This document shows, in pieces, positions 61,315 to 64,000 of a stretch of DNA of 64,000 nucleotides. The notes under the pieces were generated by a model. The model was not told the DNA's origin. It did no database searches and saw only the letters and a program-made list of their open reading frames with translations. The DNA is from Octopus sinensis (Eukaryota). The translations under genes were made by a program, and so were the position numbers. Position 1 is the stretch's first letter; each line of letters opens with the position of its first letter. The stretch is from positions 57,040,001-57,104,000 of the forward strand of contig NC_043009.1 in the NCBI RefSeq assembly GCF_006345805.1, read 5' to 3'.

Positions 61315-63435
61315 TCTCATAGCTACACTCTCAGAGCATCCACCTCCACTCCTAACTTGGTCACCTAGATAACTGAAGCTATCTACTTACGTCTAGCCGG
61401 CACCCCTGGCAATTGATTGAGTTTATTTTCAGTGCATTTTCAGTATCTATTGTACCTTTGCACCTTCCACATACAAAAGTTAGTTTCCCTGTTAACCTTC
61501 CTCTGATATTGCTGCACCTTTTATGTGTCCAAAGTTTAACTTTAGTGCATCTTATGGAGTTTCTACTTACACCTTTTCTACAGATTGAGCAGGGCCATCT
61601 ACCTGAAGGGATTTGGAATTTGTTTGCCTTCCTACTTATTATGACTTTGCTTTTGCTAGGTTAACTCTAAAGCCCTTTGCTTCCATACCTATAATCCTTG
61701 CTTCCATACCTAGAACTTCTCTAGTTCAGGTAGTGATTCAGCTTATAAGAGCAAGGTCATCAGCATAGAGGAGCTCCCAGGAGCAGCCTGCCTTGAATTC
61801 CTCCATTATTGCCTGGAGGACTATGATGAACAAGAGGGGGCTGAGCACTGATCCTTGGTGAACCCCTATTTGTACCCTGAATTCTTCCCTGTACTCATTG
61901 TTCACCCTCACCTTACTGGTAGCGTCCCTGTACAAAGCTTGTACGGCTCTCACCAGCCACTCATCTATCCCTAGTTTCTGCATTGACCACCAGATAAGGG
62001 ATTGGGGACTCTGTTAAAACCTTTCTCTAAGTCAACAAAAGTCAAATACAGAGGTTTATCTTAGGCTAAGTATTTCTTCTGTAGCTACCTTACCAGAAAT
62101 ATAACATCAGTGGTGCTTCTACCTGGCACAAAACCAAACTGCATCTCATCTAGACTAACCATCTCCCTAATTAGATGGATTATGACAATCTCTGCAACTT
62201 TCATCGCCTGATCCAACAATTTGGTACCTCTGTAATTATTTCTATCTAAGGTATGACCTTTACCTTTGGTAGCAGTTGACTACGGTGCTGCTACACCAGT
62301 CATTGGGTATGACTCCTTCATGAATCACCTGATTTACAATACAGATGACTAGACCATAACCCACACTGTCAGATATTTTAAGCATCTCAGTGGTGATTTC
62401 TGATGGGCTGGGGGCTTTCTGTTTTCATATCCTTAATTGCTTTATCTACCAGAGTACTGTCAATTTGGGTGGCTGGTCCCTCAATTGGGTCAACATTTGG
62501 CAGACTCTCCTACCATTCATTCTCCATGTTGAGCAGTCTTTCATAATGCATCTCCAAGCCTCTTTGTTTGCAAACCCATTAAAAGCAAGTGCACCATCAT
62601 CCATGTGCACACATTTCTCTCCTATGACATCACAATCTTCTCTTACACACTGTCTTGCAATTTGAAATACTTCAGTTCTTTGGTCTTCACTGTGCAGAAC
62701 ATAGGTAAACTTCTTTTCTGCTTCTCCCTTGGCTAGATATACATGTCTCCTAGCATCCCTTCTGACTATTTGATACAGTTCCCTGCTGCCCCGACTCTTC
62801 CAGGTCTGTTTCTTTCCTCTAATTGCCCTGTGTACAGTAATGTTCCACCACCACATTACCCTAGGTCTGGAAGGGACTTTGCACCAACCACAGATTTGAT
62901 CTGTGGCACTCAGCAAGCTATCTCACAGGAATTCCTAGTTGCCCTCTGCCACAAGTTTGTAGCTCTTCTGCTCTCTCATCAAATTTCTCAATTAAAATGT
63001 CCCTAAATCTCGGACCATATGAAGGGTCCATAACCTTCTTTTCCAGATTGGTCTGCTTCTTGGCCTGGAGTTTAAAGTCACTAATAACTAGTGTCTATGC
63101 TGGGGGGGGGGGTACATCCTTCACCAGGGAGGGTCTTTGTATTTAAGAGCAACCATGCATCCCAATGTCTGGTGAGAATGAAATCAATCTGGCTAGCAGA
63201 GTCGTCTGATTGATAGATTATCAGGTGGCTGGCTGGCTTCCTGAAGTCGGTGTTGCAGATCAAAAGGTTATTTGCATCACAGAATTCCAGTAGCCTTGTT
63301 CCCTCTTCGTTTCAGGAACCACTTCCATGGCCCCCATGAACACCATGGAAGATATCAGGCTGTTGTCCAACATGCCCATTGGAATCCCCAGCCACAAAGA
63401 TGAGATCATTGTCACTTATCTTTGAGGTAGCCTGC
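61315..63435 (-). mobile_element. Decayed RTE (BovB-like) LINE: endonuclease end, linker, RT and Cys-rich insert
   Basis: FVAGDSNGHVG, SQIDFIL, WWWN, DLEKGFN-like tract, GVHQGSVLSPLLF, LLYADDLAL, RVNLAK, WPCSICRKGV..C..WTHKRCS..FVCGRC; multiple stops and frameshifts. Confidence 0.88.
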
Positions 63436-63455
63436 AGAAGAAAGATATCATTAAG

Positions 63456-63520
<65 letters not shown>

Positions 63521-63844
63521 ACACAGAAAGTATTCTGCCAGTGAAAAATGAAATTGAAATTAAAGAAAATTTTTTCGGTATCATAATAATCGTATGTTTA
63601 AACGTAGAATCCCCACCAAAAAATCATCCGAATGGAAGTAGATTTGTAAAAATAGCTCAAGAAAGTTTTACTTTGGTCTTCTTTCTTTTTGTAAATTGCA
63701 ATCTCCATATAGGTGAGGGACCAGTTCAGCACATCCGCTTGAACTTTGCTGGTATTAATTTTTTTACTTTCATTTTGTGATCGCAAACTGAAAATAATCA
63801 CACACACACACACACATACATATACATATATATAATTTTTTTTT

Positions 63845-63946
63845 TTTTCAGAATGAGATAAAAAACCAAGGCTGTGAAGATTTTAGGACATTTATAAATA
63901 GAAGGTCTTACAGCTGTTTCCCGGATATTTTTTTTATATCCCTTCT
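63845..63946 (-). mobile_element. Truncated homolog of the 28043 hammerhead element
   Basis: Minus strand GAAGGGAUAU-a7-AUAUCCgg-GAAA-CAGCU-GUA-AGAC followed by ..ttataaatgtcct.aaa..cacag.cttgg.ttt.ttatc, as at 28075-28155; the CUGAU part is replaced by (GA)n. Confidence 0.7.
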
Positions 63947-63947
63947 T

Positions 63948-64000
<53 letters not shown>

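Overview
AT-rich, repeat-saturated animal genomic DNA. The SINE/RTE repertoire suggests an octopus-like cephalopod (inference). It is not prokaryotic: no CRISPR array, rRNA or intact tRNA gene. One host gene is supported, on the minus strand. It has a putative first exon near a CpG-retaining, SINE-poor island (~23.4-25.9 kb), an ATG-bearing exon at 8772-8924 and a phase-compatible coding exon at 1642-1838, giving MSGKDKNGWKPS-VSDGTSTEE...; the product is unidentified and the gene continues off the left edge. The rest is mostly mobile DNA: two tRNA-derived SINE families, many RTE 3'-tail copies, RTE, CR1-like and two Tx1-like LINEs, mariner/Tc1/pogo/hAT/piggyBac-like MITEs, Helentron-type elements and micro/minisatellites. 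The most interesting layer is a Penelope-like, RT-less system: four hand-foldable type I hammerhead ribozymes (three with unusually long stem II, all with palindromic stem III loops and a non-canonical first stem II pair), degenerate or half copies, shared terminal hairpins and fold-backs, and an intact 152-aa GIY-YIG endonuclease ORF upstream of one ribozyme. Also visible: both Tx1 copies sit inside microsatellites of different motif, and each SINE family shares its 3' end with a LINE present in the window. All folds and alignments were done by eye; element boundaries are approximate unless a TSD/TIR is quoted.
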